Notes: generated by a model from the letters alone, not told the origin. Counted from the stretch's first letter, positions 29,515-40,220 are shown. The stretch is 64,000 nt of DNA from an uncultured Collinsella sp. (GCA_900539735.1 UQDE01000005.1:1452-65451), one strand, 5' to 3'. Made by a program: numbers and translations.

Positions 29515-30411
29515 CTAGATATGCTGACGGATCGCGTCGATATAGGCTTGGCCGTAGCGCGTGAGCGTCGTGTTCTTGCGCGTGATGATGCCAATCTCCA
29601 TGTACTCGTCCACATCGAGCGGAATGGAGATAATACCTGGACCGTTGAGCTCGTGGCTGATCACGCCCGAACACACCGTGTAGCCGTTGAGGCCCATGGC
29701 CAGGTTGAACAACGTCGCACGGTCGCGCACGCGGATATTCTTGCGACGCTCAAACGTCGAGGTCAGTTCCTCGGAATAATAAAACGAGTTGTAGCTGCCC
29801 TGCTCATAGGACAGGAACGGGTAGTCTTCCAAGTCCTCGAGCGTCACACTCAAGCGACCCGCCAACGGATGGTCGGCACACACAAAGACGTGTGGCGTGG
29901 CGCAGAAGAGCCCTTCGAACACGAGCTCGTTGGCCGCCAGCATGCGCTCGATAACCTCGCGATTGTGCTCGGATAAGTACAGGATGCCCAGTTCGCTTTT
30001 CATATGCGCGACGTCCTCGATAATCTCGTGAGTCTGCTCCTCGCGCAGGGTAAAGTCATAGCGCGCGGCATCGAACTCACGGATCACATCGACAAACGCG
30101 TTGACGGCAAAGGAATAATGCTGGCAGCTCACACTAAAGTGCGGCACCTGCTCGGACGCGCCCTTGTACTTGCCTTCGAGCAGATCCGCCTGATCGAGCA
30201 CCTGGCGCGCGTAGCCCAAGAAGGTCTCGCCCTCCTCGGACACAATGACACCCTTGTTGGTGCGCTCAAAGATGTGCACACCCATCTCGTTTTCGAGATC
30301 GCGGATCGACGCGGTAATCGAAGGCTGCGACACAAAGAGCCGGCGCGAGGCCTCGGTGATGCTGCCGCATTCGGCAACTTTGACGACATACCTGAGCTGT
30401 TGAAGCTTCAT
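29515..30411 (-). CDS. LysR-family regulator (MtaR/CmbR-like)
   Basis: GSITEASRRLFVSQPS HTH; FSVSCQHYSFAVNAF and NSFYYSEE. Confidence 0.9.
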   Translation of the reverse strand: MKLQQLRYVVKVAECGSITEASRRLFVSQPSITASIRDLENEMGVHIFERTNKGVIVSEEGETFLGYARQVLDQADLLEGKYKGASEQVPHFSVSCQHYSFAVNAFVDVIREFDAARYDFTLREEQTHEIIEDVAHMKSELGILYLSEHNREVIERMLAANELVFEGLFCATPHVFVCADHPLAGRLSVTLEDLEDYPFLSYEQGSYNSFYYSEELTSTFERRKNIRVRDRATLFNLAMGLNGYTVCSGVISHELNGPGIISIPLDVDEYMEIGIITRKNTTLTRYGQAYIDAIRQHI

Positions 30412-30421
30412 AGCGCCCTCC

Positions 30422-31330
30422 CTAGACGTTCGTGACGTCGAAACTCGTCGTGCTCATCTGACGCATAAACGACGGCATTTCCCCCGTCGCGGCGCAGGAG
30501 GCAATCTGATGCAGAGCCCCGGCGACCGCATCGTCTGCCGCAGCGCCGATATGCCAGCGCGCGGCAGCCGTGACGGCCTCGTTGGCATTGGCGACTGCAA
30601 CGGAATTGGGAACGGCATCGATCATGGGCAAATCGTTATCGGAATCGCCGAATACGGCCACCTCGTCGGGCGTCAGGCCCAAAGCGCGCGCCAGCTCCAG
30701 CGCAGCACAGCCCTTGTCCCAGCCGGTCGGAAGAACGTCGAACAGGCGCACGCGGTTGTTGGGAAACACGAGCGAGAGCTCCGGCACCTCGGCGGCAACA
30801 CGCTTGCGCAGCTCGGCGAGCTCCTCGCGCGAACGGGCACTCCAGATATTCGCCTTGTATACCGGGGCATCGTCAACGACAGGACGACAGGGAGCCTCTT
30901 CGCCCTTGAGCCACGCGTTGCCGCCTGACTCCATGGCGCGACGCACACGCTCGGGATCGCTTGTCACGCAATAGGCGTCGTTGTCCCAAAAGTCATCACC
31001 CAGACGGTAGACCTTCAGATAGGTATCGTCGGTCTCTTGCTCCAGGTAGTCGGCCAGGCGCATCAGGGCATCGTTATCAGTTGTGCGCGAGGCGACCGCC
31101 TCGCCATCGACAAACATCACCTGGCCGTTGCAAAACGCACCGGTCGAGAAGCACTCGGAGCGATTGCGGAACATCCAGCCCATCGCAGACGGCTGGCGAC
31201 CCGAAACCGGGCCAAAGTGCAGACCCGCCGCCTGCATGGCATGAATGCCCTCGATGGCGTAGTCGCTGGCGCCGTCATGCCCGGCTGGAATCAACGTATC
31301 GTCCATATCGGTCAGCACAAGTTTTATCAT
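30422..31330 (-). CDS. Cof-type HAD hydrolase
   Basis: TDMDDTL, SGR, DKG and FGDSDNDLPM. Confidence 0.9.
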   Translation of the reverse strand: MIKLVLTDMDDTLIPAGHDGASDYAIEGIHAMQAAGLHFGPVSGRQPSAMGWMFRNRSECFSTGAFCNGQVMFVDGEAVASRTTDNDALMRLADYLEQETDDTYLKVYRLGDDFWDNDAYCVTSDPERVRRAMESGGNAWLKGEEAPCRPVVDDAPVYKANIWSARSREELAELRKRVAAEVPELSLVFPNNRVRLFDVLPTGWDKGCAALELARALGLTPDEVAVFGDSDNDLPMIDAVPNSVAVANANEAVTAAARWHIGAAADDAVAGALHQIASCAATGEMPSFMRQMSTTSFDVTNV

Positions 31331-31367
31331 AAGGCCCCCATTCGTATCGGTCCTACCTATTGTAACG

Positions 31368-31402
31368 ACCTGCCAAAATAAACCTGTCCCTTTTTGGCAG
31401 GT
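31368..31402. repeat. REP-like palindrome with CCTGTCCC loop
   Basis: ACCTGCCAAAA-TAAACCTGTCCCT-TTTTGGCAGGT; near-identical copy at 51991-52027. Confidence 0.75.
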
Positions 31403-31427
31403 GCGTTAGTATAGGGAACAACAGATT

Positions 31428-31522
31428 CGATGCGGGAGTGCCGGCGGTGCAAACCACAAGGCTGAGAGGGCATGGGGCCCAATCCTTTGAACCTGTCAGT
31501 TAATGCTGGCGTAGGGAGCATG
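31428..31522 (+). ncRNA. TPP riboswitch
   Basis: GGGAGTGC...GGCTGAGAG...CCTTTGAACCTG.CAGTTAATGCTGGCGTAGGGA upstream of thiM. Confidence 0.93.
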
Positions 31523-31532
31523 CCGCCTTTGC

Positions 31533-31565
31533 AGGGGCGCTGTCTATGCACAGCGCCCCTTTTCT
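31533..31565 (+). terminator. Terminator of TPP expression platform
   Basis: AGGGGCGCTGT/ACAGCGCCCCT followed by TTTCT, between aptamer and RBS. Confidence 0.75.
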
Positions 31566-31585
31566 ATGCCAAGGAGGCATGTGCA

Positions 31586-32425
31586 GTGATTGATTCGGAA
31601 CAGCTTAAGCAGCATATGGTCAAGGCCGTGGAGGAGATTCGCGCCACCAATCCGATGGCCGGCTCCATCACCAACACGGTGACGATCGACTTTGTCGCCA
31701 ACGCGCAGCTCGCCGTGGGCGGTTCGGCCGCCATGGTCTATCTGCCCGACGAGGGCGAGGCGCTCGTTGCCGGCGGCGGCGCCATCTATCTCAACATGGG
31801 CACGCTCTTCCCCATCTACGAGCAGACGATTCCCCGCGCGGCCAAGGCGGCACACGACGCCGGCAAGCCCTGGGTGCTCGATCCGGTGGGCCTGGGCATC
31901 GGCAGCCTGCGCACCCAGCTGGTAAACGAGCTCAAGCAGTACAAGCCCGCCATCGTGCGCGGCAACGCCTCCGAGATCATCGCACTCGCCGGCCTGTGGG
32001 GTCTTGAGGGCGAGGCGGCTGATCTGAGCCGCGTGCGCGGTGTCGATACCACCGACACGGTCGACGCCGCCCGCGATGCCGCCGTGGCGCTCGCCCGTTA
32101 CACCGGCGGCGCCGTAGTGGTCTCGGGCGAAGTCGACCTAATCACCGACGGCACGACCGTGGCCAAGTCCCACGGCGGCAGCCCGCTCATGTCAAAGATC
32201 ACCGGCTGCGGCTGCTCGCAGGGCGGCGTGCTGGCCGTGTACGCCTGCGTCACCGATCCGTTTACGGCGGCAGTCTGCGGCACCGCGGTCTACAACGTTG
32301 CCGGCACGCGTGCCGCCGCTGTCGCCGATGCCCCGGCAAGCTTTAAGGTCGCCTTTATCGACGAGCTCTACCGCGCGACCGCCCAAGACATCGCCAACAA
32401 CCAGCTCGAGCTCGAGGAGGCATAG
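31586..32425 (+). CDS. thiM: Hydroxyethylthiazole kinase
   Basis: ITNTVT, NMGTL, VLDPVG, RGNASEI and ITGCGC; AAGGAGG RBS. Confidence 0.93.
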   Translation: MIDSEQLKQHMVKAVEEIRATNPMAGSITNTVTIDFVANAQLAVGGSAAMVYLPDEGEALVAGGGAIYLNMGTLFPIYEQTIPRAAKAAHDAGKPWVLDPVGLGIGSLRTQLVNELKQYKPAIVRGNASEIIALAGLWGLEGEAADLSRVRGVDTTDTVDAARDAAVALARYTGGAVVVSGEVDLITDGTTVAKSHGGSPLMSKITGCGCSQGGVLAVYACVTDPFTAAVCGTAVYNVAGTRAAAVADAPASFKVAFIDELYRATAQDIANNQLELEEA

Positions 32426-32428
32426 GCC

Positions 32429-32770
32429 ATGTCCGAGCCCGCAACCAATACCGGCATGAACACGCTCGTCGCTGTGGCCATCGCCCCGTGCGGCACCGGC
32501 GATGAACTCTCCGCCGAGGTCGCCGAGGTCGTGCGTGTTATTCGCGAGAGCGGCCTTCCCAACCGCACCACCTCGATGTTCACCGAAATCGAGGGCGACT
32601 GGGACGAGGTCATGCAGGTCGTGCGCGACGCAACCTTTGTGTTGGCGAGCAAGGGCATCCGCACCGAAGTCGTGCTCAAGGCCGATATTCGACCCGGATT
32701 TACCGACACCATGACCGGCAAACTCGAGCGCATGGAAGCACAGATCAAAAAGCAGGAGGAAGCACGATGA
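32429..32770 (+). CDS. Thiamine-binding protein (MTH1187/YkoF, DUF77)
   Basis: RESGLPNRTTSMFTEIEGDWDEVM and KADIRPG; within the thi operon. Confidence 0.85.
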   Translation: MSEPATNTGMNTLVAVAIAPCGTGDELSAEVAEVVRVIRESGLPNRTTSMFTEIEGDWDEVMQVVRDATFVLASKGIRTEVVLKADIRPGFTDTMTGKLERMEAQIKKQEEAR

Positions 32771-33462
32771 GCATCCGCGACAACCTTGATATCTCGGCCT
32801 ATCTCGTACTCGGCCCCGAAAACACGCTGGGACGTCCCGTGGGCGATGTGGTGGCCCAGGCGCTCGATGCCGGCTTTACCTGCATCCAGGTGCGCTCCAA
32901 GGTGGCAAGCGCCCGCGAGATCATCGCACTGACCGGCGACGCCGCGCAGGCAATCGCACAGGCCGGCAAGACCGGTCAGGTCGCCCTGTTAATCGACGAC
33001 CGCCTGGACTGCGTACTCGCCGCGCGCGAGCAGGGTATTGCTGTCGATGGCGTGCACGTGGGCCAGAGCGATATTCCCGTCGAGGTCTGCCGCAAACTTT
33101 TGGGCCCCGATGCCATCGTGGGCCTTTCGGCCCGCTGCGAGGAGATGCTCGAATACGTCAAGACCGCCGACATGAGTCTGGTCGACTACCTGGGCATCGG
33201 CCCGCTCCACGAGACCGAGACCAAGCGCGATTGCGGACGCGCGGCCGACGGCTCCATCATCACCAAAAGCTTTGAGGACCTGGCCGCACTCCACGCGGCA
33301 AGCACCGTGCCCATCGTGGTGGGCGGCGGCGTCAAGACGGCCGACCTGCCGCAGCTCAAGGCCACCGGCGTCGACGGCTTCTTTGTGGTGAGCGCGGTCT
33401 GCAGTGCCGACGACCCCCACGCCGCAGCCAAGGAGCTCGTCAACACCTGGCAGCAGGCATAG
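32767..33462 (+). CDS. thiE: Thiamine-phosphate synthase
   Basis: QVRSK, IDDRLD, GVHVGQSD and GPLHETETK. Confidence 0.93.
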   Translation: MSIRDNLDISAYLVLGPENTLGRPVGDVVAQALDAGFTCIQVRSKVASAREIIALTGDAAQAIAQAGKTGQVALLIDDRLDCVLAAREQGIAVDGVHVGQSDIPVEVCRKLLGPDAIVGLSARCEEMLEYVKTADMSLVDYLGIGPLHETETKRDCGRAADGSIITKSFEDLAALHAASTVPIVVGGGVKTADLPQLKATGVDGFFVVSAVCSADDPHAAAKELVNTWQQA

Positions 33463-33505
33463 GCATAAGCCGAGCAGCTGATCCACAGTCTCATATCTTC
33501 TAGAG

Positions 33506-33553
33506 CGGAAAGCGCATCCCAGTTTGGACCTCCATTCCGGGATGCGCTTTCCG
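33506..33553. terminator. Hairpin between convergent thiE and patatin genes
   Basis: 15-bp arms CGGAAAGCGCATCCC/GGGATGCGCTTTCCG. Confidence 0.55.
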
Positions 33554-33563
33554 TATGCAACCC

Positions 33564-34433
33564 CTACCCCGCTAGGTAGGCCTCCAACGCCGGCAAAGTC
33601 GCCTCCGCATCGCGGCGACCGACCTGGTAGATGCGCTCGAGCTCATCCGGTTCGCGGCACAGCGACGGCACCTTCACCGATTCGCTCGGCCGCACCACAA
33701 AGACCTCGCCGGCAGACTCGCGACGTGCCAGGTCATCGAGCGTGGCATTGTAGACCTCATGCCGATGCTCAAGCGCTGCGACAAACTCTGGGTAGTGACG
33801 GAACACGCGCCGCAGCATGGGCATCACGCTGTTGGGCTGCTTCACAAAGCCCGCCGGCTGCGTGAGCACCACGATATTGCGGTCATACCCCTGCGCAAAC
33901 AGCCATGCGCTGGGAATAGAATCAGCCACGCCACCATCCAGATACTTATGCCCGTCAATAGCAACGGGACGCGTCGCCACGGGAATAGCAGACGACGCCC
34001 GGATCCACTCGATATCCCGCTCGTCGCCATAAGGCAGGTCATGGTAGACGGCCTTGCCCGTCTCGATATCGGTACACACGCACGTAAACCGCATGGAGCA
34101 GGCACGATATGTCTCCAAATCGATGGGATCGCGCTCGATGGGCACCTCGTGATAGGCAAAATCGGCATTGAACATATCGCCGGTCCGCAGCCAGCTTGCT
34201 ACACCCGCATAGCGCTTGTCGGCACAATAGGCCTTGTTATAGCGAATGGCGCGGCCGATCTGGCGCGATTTAAAATTGTAGCCAAACGCCGCGCCCGCCG
34301 AGACACCCACCATATGGTCGCAGGTCAAACCGTGCTCCATCCAAACGTCGAGCACGCCCGCCGTATACATACCGCGGTAGCCGCCTCCCTCGAGCGCGAG
34401 CCCCACCGTGCGCGTCGTATCCGGCTGTGCCAT
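33564..34433 (-). CDS. Patatin-family phospholipase
   Basis: EGGGYRG, GVSAG and DGG motifs. Confidence 0.9.
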   Translation of the reverse strand: MAQPDTTRTVGLALEGGGYRGMYTAGVLDVWMEHGLTCDHMVGVSAGAAFGYNFKSRQIGRAIRYNKAYCADKRYAGVASWLRTGDMFNADFAYHEVPIERDPIDLETYRACSMRFTCVCTDIETGKAVYHDLPYGDERDIEWIRASSAIPVATRPVAIDGHKYLDGGVADSIPSAWLFAQGYDRNIVVLTQPAGFVKQPNSVMPMLRRVFRHYPEFVAALEHRHEVYNATLDDLARRESAGEVFVVRPSESVKVPSLCREPDELERIYQVGRRDAEATLPALEAYLAG

Positions 34434-34756
34434 GCGACCATCTCCGTTCCTGCGTTTAAAACCGGAACAAGTATACCCGTCAACATATATCGTCTCAGTC
34501 GCATTTTCATCGAACATCGCATCGTCGCGCTACCGCCTGTCGAATAATAGCCGCCCACAGCATGTGCACCCATATATAATTCTGCACTGTTGTTTATACT
34601 ACTCAGCAGTTATCAACAGCGAACATTAGCCGGTAAATTAACCCAACAACGCAGCAAGGCGGGGGCCTGGATACACGCAAAGCGCCAAACAACAACGCGT
34701 GTGCACAACGAGCTCGCCCGACGCAATCCGCCCGACCTCAGAAAGCCGCTTACGAC

Positions 34757-37474
34757 ATGGATACTGTCAGCAATTACACCGAAACGCTCGAAAAGACCGT
34801 CCGTGACCTTCTCGAGCGTCAGGATGATCTGATTAGGACCGCCTTTACCGACCAGCTTACCGGACTTGGCAACCGCGGCGGCTTTGCCCGCTCCCTCGAG
34901 GAGCTCTGGGAGCAGGACATCCCCGTTACCATGGCGTTCATCGACATCGACAATCTCAAGCACTGCAACGACGTCTTTGGGCATGACGAGGGCAACCGCT
35001 ATATCTTGCAGGTAAGCCTCTATCTCAAACTGTATATGAAAGTGGACGAAGCGGCGTTTCGCATAGGCGGCGACGAGTTTGCCATCCTATCTACGATTGC
35101 GACCGAGGACGACCTCGCCGAACGTCTGGAACACTGCCGAACGGTCCTGCTCAAAAACAACGATTCCGAGATGCCCCGCTCGTTTAGCTATGGAGTGTCG
35201 TATGCTGACCCCGCCCTGGGCGAAGCCCCCAATCGCATGACGCTCGATGCCGACCATCGCATGTACGACTACAAGCTACGCCATGCAATGCATCTTGATC
35301 GACGCAATATCGCGCAAGTCCACACCGACGACTTCGAAATAAGCGATCGCGTTTTTGACGCCTTTTCGATGCTCAACGAAGGCCGTTATTGCTTTATCGA
35401 GAACTTGGACAAACATCGCACCCTTTGGTCACAAGGTGCCCTGCGCGATCTCGGTCTTCCTTCTGAGCATGTAGACAACTGCCACGATTACTGGAAAACG
35501 CGCGTCCACCCCGATGACCTTGAGGCCTACATCAACGACATCGACCAAATCTATAATGGCTCCAAACACCGCCGCGTCATGCAGTACCGCATGCGCAATG
35601 CCGCGGGCGACTACGTCCTCTGCCGCGCTCGCGGGTTTCGCATCGACGGTGACGGAAATACCCCCTCGCTCTATGTCGGCGAACTTGTTAACCACTCACT
35701 CGCCGAGACCGTCGACGCCGCCACGGGCCTCGGAACGCAGCGTATGCTGATCAACGCTATCGATGCCTGCCGTCGCGACCGTTGCGAGACGGGGCTTATA
35801 GCGGTCCGCGTTTGTGGCACGGCAAAGTTCAACGAGCTCTACGGGGCCGAGGCTGTCGACAACATGCTCGCCGAATACGCAGGCCGCATGTTATCGATCA
35901 CCCGCGGCAGAAGTCGCGTCTTCCGCTCGCGAAACGCCCAGTTCGTCGTGCTCAGCAACGATCTGGACCACGAGGCATTCGAGCAACTGACCCATCATCT
36001 TAAAGAGGCCGTTTTCGCTCCTGTTCGAATCGCGAACGACACCATTACCCCCGTCTGTCTTGTCGTCCCGGCCTTTTACGAGCGCTTAATCAATCAAGCG
36101 ACCGCTGTTTTAGGCGAACTCGACCGTCGTCTTCGCGCCGCCGGCGGGCTTGCCCCCAACGACAGCCTCCCCATACCCGAGATTGAGCGTAAAAGCGCCG
36201 TCGCCGAACGCATCGATACGCTCACGGGCCTCTATCGACCCAGCGAGTTTATGCGGCGTGCCAACGCATTTCTGAGGACAGGGCACGACGGCGCTTGGTG
36301 TATCGCCACCGTCGATATGGGTCATATGCGACTGTTTAACGAATGGCACGGACAGGCCGAGGGCGACCGCGTGCTCGCCGATGTGGGCACGGTCCTCAAA
36401 GACATCGAGAATGCCGAGATGGGCGTCGCAGGATACTGGGGCCAAGACGACTTTTGCATTCTCATCCCCTTTGAGCACGACACCGTCCATCAAATCTATA
36501 ACCGCGTTCGCGCCGCCGTGGCCAAGCATGATGACGGCGTGGGTTTCTGGCCGTCCATGGGCGTTTGCCCCATCGACCCCAACGAGGAAATCACCATCGA
36601 CGCGCAGGCCAAGGCCATGTTTACCAATCGGCGCGCAAAAAACGACTTTAAGGAGCGCGTCGCCATTTTCCGCCCCGAGGAGTACGAGCGCGAAACCGCG
36701 TTCCACCGCACGCTGACCGAATTCCAGTATGCGTTCTCAAACGGCCGCATTACCTACTACCTGCAGCCCCAGGTCGACATGGAAACTGGCGAGATCGTTG
36801 GCGCCGAGGCGCTCACGCGCTGGATTGGCAAGGACGGTTCCCTCATTTCGCCTGTAACGTTTATCCCCGCACTCGAGGAAAGCGGCTTTGTAGTGACGCT
36901 CGACAAGTACATTTGGCAGGGCGTCGCCTCGTGGCTGCGCGAGCGCATCGACCGGGGGCTTCGCGTGGTTCCGATCTCGCTCAATGTGTCGCGCGTGGAT
37001 ATCCTTGCCTGCGACGTTGCCGAACATATGGGAGCACTTGCCGCCCAATACAACCTACCGCCCGAACTCATGCGCATCGAGATCACCGAGACAGCCTATA
37101 CGGGAGAATCCGAGGCCGTGGATAAACTGACTGCCGACCTGCACACCCGCGGCTTCTCAACCTATATGGACGACTTTGGCACCGGCCAGTCCACGCTCGC
37201 GATGCTCAAGAACGTCAACGTCGACGTCATCAAGCTTGACCGCACGTTTGTTCCCGCCGACGGAGATCAAGGCCGCAGCGCGCAAATCATTACATCAATG
37301 CTCGATATGGCGCAGTCGCTCCATCTGCCCGTCGTGGTCGAAGGCGTCGAGACAAATGAGCAGGCGAACATGCTACGACAGATGGGCGCCCGCTACGCTC
37401 AGGGCTTCCTCTACTACCGCCCCATCCCGGCGAATGATTTTGAGGCATTGCTCGATGGTGGCAATAACAACTGA
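34757..37474 (+). CDS. GGDEF-PAS-(degenerate GGDEF x2)-EAL c-di-GMP signalling protein
   Basis: RIGGDEF, VHPDD PAS, degenerate RNAQF and GQDDF, EAL and DDFGTG. Confidence 0.9.
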   Translation: MDTVSNYTETLEKTVRDLLERQDDLIRTAFTDQLTGLGNRGGFARSLEELWEQDIPVTMAFIDIDNLKHCNDVFGHDEGNRYILQVSLYLKLYMKVDEAAFRIGGDEFAILSTIATEDDLAERLEHCRTVLLKNNDSEMPRSFSYGVSYADPALGEAPNRMTLDADHRMYDYKLRHAMHLDRRNIAQVHTDDFEISDRVFDAFSMLNEGRYCFIENLDKHRTLWSQGALRDLGLPSEHVDNCHDYWKTRVHPDDLEAYINDIDQIYNGSKHRRVMQYRMRNAAGDYVLCRARGFRIDGDGNTPSLYVGELVNHSLAETVDAATGLGTQRMLINAIDACRRDRCETGLIAVRVCGTAKFNELYGAEAVDNMLAEYAGRMLSITRGRSRVFRSRNAQFVVLSNDLDHEAFEQLTHHLKEAVFAPVRIANDTITPVCLVVPAFYERLINQATAVLGELDRRLRAAGGLAPNDSLPIPEIERKSAVAERIDTLTGLYRPSEFMRRANAFLRTGHDGAWCIATVDMGHMRLFNEWHGQAEGDRVLADVGTVLKDIENAEMGVAGYWGQDDFCILIPFEHDTVHQIYNRVRAAVAKHDDGVGFWPSMGVCPIDPNEEITIDAQAKAMFTNRRAKNDFKERVAIFRPEEYERETAFHRTLTEFQYAFSNGRITYYLQPQVDMETGEIVGAEALTRWIGKDGSLISPVTFIPALEESGFVVTLDKYIWQGVASWLRERIDRGLRVVPISLNVSRVDILACDVAEHMGALAAQYNLPPELMRIEITETAYTGESEAVDKLTADLHTRGFSTYMDDFGTGQSTLAMLKNVNVDVIKLDRTFVPADGDQGRSAQIITSMLDMAQSLHLPVVVEGVETNEQANMLRQMGARYAQGFLYYRPIPANDFEALLDGGNNN

Positions 37475-37532
37475 TACGCTCGCGCGAAAAACGCCACCGC
37501 CGAAGGGGGCATTTGTCTCCATTAGCTAACTT

Positions 37533-37563
37533 ATATCCCCAATTCAAACCGAATTGGGGATAT
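37533..37563. promoter_or_regulatory. 13-bp-arm palindrome overlapping the -10 (TATGAT) of the second GGDEF gene
   Basis: ATATCCCCAATTC-AAACC-GAATTGGGGATAT. Confidence 0.4.
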
Positions 37564-37601
37564 GATACAAACCGTTGTTCTGCCCAAGGAGGTTATTCAT
37601 C

Positions 37602-39131
37602 ATGAACGAGTCATACCGCTTGGGCGAGCAATCGATTATTGCCTATCTTCAGCGACTTGCGAATGGTGTCTCGACCGCCGAACTCGATGTTTCCGCGCTG
37701 CCTGCTGAGCTACGCGCCGTTGGTGAGCAACTGCAAAAGACGCATGCCATCCTGCAACAAGAGCGCCAGCTGCTTGAGTGCAACGCCTATATCGATCCGC
37801 TCACCAACTTGGGCAACCGCGGCGGACTCGACCGTCACGTCGAGCAGCTCTGGCGCAAAGGCGACCCCTTCACCTGCGCCTATATTGACATCGACCATCT
37901 CAAGCATTGCAATGATAAGTTTGGCCACGCCGAAGGCAATCGCTATATTCTGAGCATCTGCCGCACGCTCTCCGAAACCATGGAGCACGATGAGATGCTG
38001 TTCCGCATCGGTGGAGACGAGTTTGTGCTTATCTCGCTCTCCGCAAACGAAACTGAACTCGAGCAGCGCTTGGAGCAGGTACGTGCCGGGCTGATCGAGG
38101 CGAGCTCAGGTGACAAGGCGCCCATGATCGCCAGTTTTAGTTTTGGTTGCTCGCACGTCGACCCGCTTGCAGGCGATACGCGTCGCCAGATGACGATGGA
38201 TGCCGATCGCAAAATGTATCGCTATAAGCTTATGCATCGTGTGCAGCAACCGAAAGACAATGACGTGCCACAACACCCAATCGTCGATCAGCTTCCCTGC
38301 AACGACCGGGTGTTCCAAGCGATCTCCATGAGCTCTGAGACGCGCTATCCGTTCATCCTTAACCTCGATACGGGCGAATCGCAATGGTCGGTTAACGCCG
38401 TGCGCGATTTTGACCTGCCCTCCCAGCACCCTTTTAACTCGGTCGATATGTGGCTTGCTCGCGTCCACCCCGAGGGCCGCGACAACGTACGCGCCGAGCT
38501 CGACATGGTGATAAACGGCACGTGGCACTTCCACTACATGCAGTACCGCGTTATGGATGCTACCGGAGCGTACGCGCTTTGCGACTGCACGGGCTACCGC
38601 TTGGACGGCACCGATACCGAGCCTAACATGTATGTGGGCATTATCATCAACCGAAGCCTAGCAGATACGACCGACTCGGTAACGGGCCTGGGCGATGTCC
38701 ACGCGCTGGTCAACGCTATTGGAGAGATGCGCCGCGTGGCGCGCGAGGCAGGCTTTATTGCCATTAAGGTCGACGATATCGCCGAGGTCAATGCCCGCTT
38801 TGGATTCGATGCAGGCGACCGCGTGCTCGCCGAAAGCGCCGCCTGCCTCATGGATTGTTCGCGCGGCAAGGGCCGCCTGTTCCGCTCGACGGGGCCGATG
38901 TTCGTGGCACTCTTCGATGAACTCGGCCCCGAGGCAATCGACGAGATCGCAAGCGACATCGAACGGTTCCTGGGTTCTCCTGTGCTCATCGGCTCGCTTG
39001 AATATCAGCCGCCCATTCGCGTGGCCACGCTTCATCTGGACGGCGTCGACCGTCAGCCCGTTTCCATTTTGAATGAACTCAAAGCGCTGCTTAAAGAGGC
39101 ACCGCAAGTACCGGGCACCAAGCTGGACTAG
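37602..39131 (+). CDS. Diguanylate cyclase (GGDEF-PAS-degenerate GGDEF)
   Basis: DPLTNLGNR, RIGGDEF and VHPEG; AAGGAGG RBS. Confidence 0.9.
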   Translation: MNESYRLGEQSIIAYLQRLANGVSTAELDVSALPAELRAVGEQLQKTHAILQQERQLLECNAYIDPLTNLGNRGGLDRHVEQLWRKGDPFTCAYIDIDHLKHCNDKFGHAEGNRYILSICRTLSETMEHDEMLFRIGGDEFVLISLSANETELEQRLEQVRAGLIEASSGDKAPMIASFSFGCSHVDPLAGDTRRQMTMDADRKMYRYKLMHRVQQPKDNDVPQHPIVDQLPCNDRVFQAISMSSETRYPFILNLDTGESQWSVNAVRDFDLPSQHPFNSVDMWLARVHPEGRDNVRAELDMVINGTWHFHYMQYRVMDATGAYALCDCTGYRLDGTDTEPNMYVGIIINRSLADTTDSVTGLGDVHALVNAIGEMRRVAREAGFIAIKVDDIAEVNARFGFDAGDRVLAESAACLMDCSRGKGRLFRSTGPMFVALFDELGPEAIDEIASDIERFLGSPVLIGSLEYQPPIRVATLHLDGVDRQPVSILNELKALLKEAPQVPGTKLD

Positions 39132-39239
39132 CACCACGGGGCGCGATGTGAAACACAAACCGTTTCGCACCGCGCCCCACGCCATCTGCCCTCTCGTGCG
39201 ATAATCCTCCGCAGAAGTCACCAAAAGCAGAGGGAGTTT

Positions 39240-39866
39240 GTGATGAAGGTTCTTTTAGTCAATGGCAGCCCCAAGGCAAACGGCAACACTGCCCGCGCAC
39301 TCGCCGAGATCGCAGAGCAACTTGATGCCGAAGGCATTGATACCGAGGTGTTTCAGCTGGGCGCCAAGCCCATTCGCGACTGCATCGGTTGCGGTCAGTG
39401 CGGCAAGCTTGGCGGACGCTGCACCTTTGACGACGACGTGGTGAACGAGCTCATCGCTGCCGCCGAGCAGGCAGATGGCTTTGTCTTTGGCTCACCTGTC
39501 TACTATGCGCATCCCAGCGGACGCATCCTCTCGGCCCTCGATCGCGTATTCTATGCCGGAGGCAAAGCCTTTGCACACAAGCCGGGCGCTGCCGTCGCCG
39601 TCGCCCGTCGCGGCGGTACGTCGACGACCTTCGACGTGCTCAACAAGTACTTCACCATCAACCAAATGCCCGTGGTTGCTTCCACCTACTGGAACAACGT
39701 GTTTGGCCGCGTGCCCGGCGACGCCGATGGGGATGCCGAGGGCCTTGCCACCATGCGAAACATCGGCAAAAACATGGCTTGGCTCCTGCGCTGCATCGAG
39801 GCGGGACAAGCCGCCGGTATCAACGCGCCCGAGGCAGATCGCGCAACGACCAACTTCATTCGATAG
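39240..39866 (+). CDS. Flavodoxin-family / iron-sulfur flavoprotein
   Basis: NGSP..NGNT, CIGCGQC, GSPVYY and RRGG. Confidence 0.9.
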   Translation: MMKVLLVNGSPKANGNTARALAEIAEQLDAEGIDTEVFQLGAKPIRDCIGCGQCGKLGGRCTFDDDVVNELIAAAEQADGFVFGSPVYYAHPSGRILSALDRVFYAGGKAFAHKPGAAVAVARRGGTSTTFDVLNKYFTINQMPVVASTYWNNVFGRVPGDADGDAEGLATMRNIGKNMAWLLRCIEAGQAAGINAPEADRATTNFIR

Positions 39867-39878
39867 AGCGGCGGGGCC

Positions 39879-40220
39879 ATGAATATTCAAATCTTCGGGA
39901 CTAAGAAGTCGTTCGATACCAAGAAGGCCCAGCGCTATTTTAAGGAGCGCCGCATTAAGGTGCAGTTTATCGACCTTAAGGAAAAGGAGATGAGCAAGGG
40001 CGAGCTCACGAGCGTGATGCAGGCGGTCGGCGGCATCGACAAGCTGCTCAACCCCAAGGCCAAGGACGAGGAGATGCTCGCGCTCATCCAGCACCTCACC
40101 CCTAGCCAGCGCTTCGACAAGCTGCTCGAGAACCAGCAGGTTCTAGCCGAGCCCATCGTGCGCAACGGCAAAAAGGCCACCGTCGGTTATTGCCCCGATG
40201 TATGGGGAGCCTGGGAGTAG
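39879..40220 (+). CDS. ArsC/Spx-like thioredoxin-fold protein
   Basis: MNIQIFGTKKSFDTKKAQRYFKER and PIVRNGK. Confidence 0.85.
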   Translation: MNIQIFGTKKSFDTKKAQRYFKERRIKVQFIDLKEKEMSKGELTSVMQAVGGIDKLLNPKAKDEEMLALIQHLTPSQRFDKLLENQQVLAEPIVRNGKKATVGYCPDVWGAWE

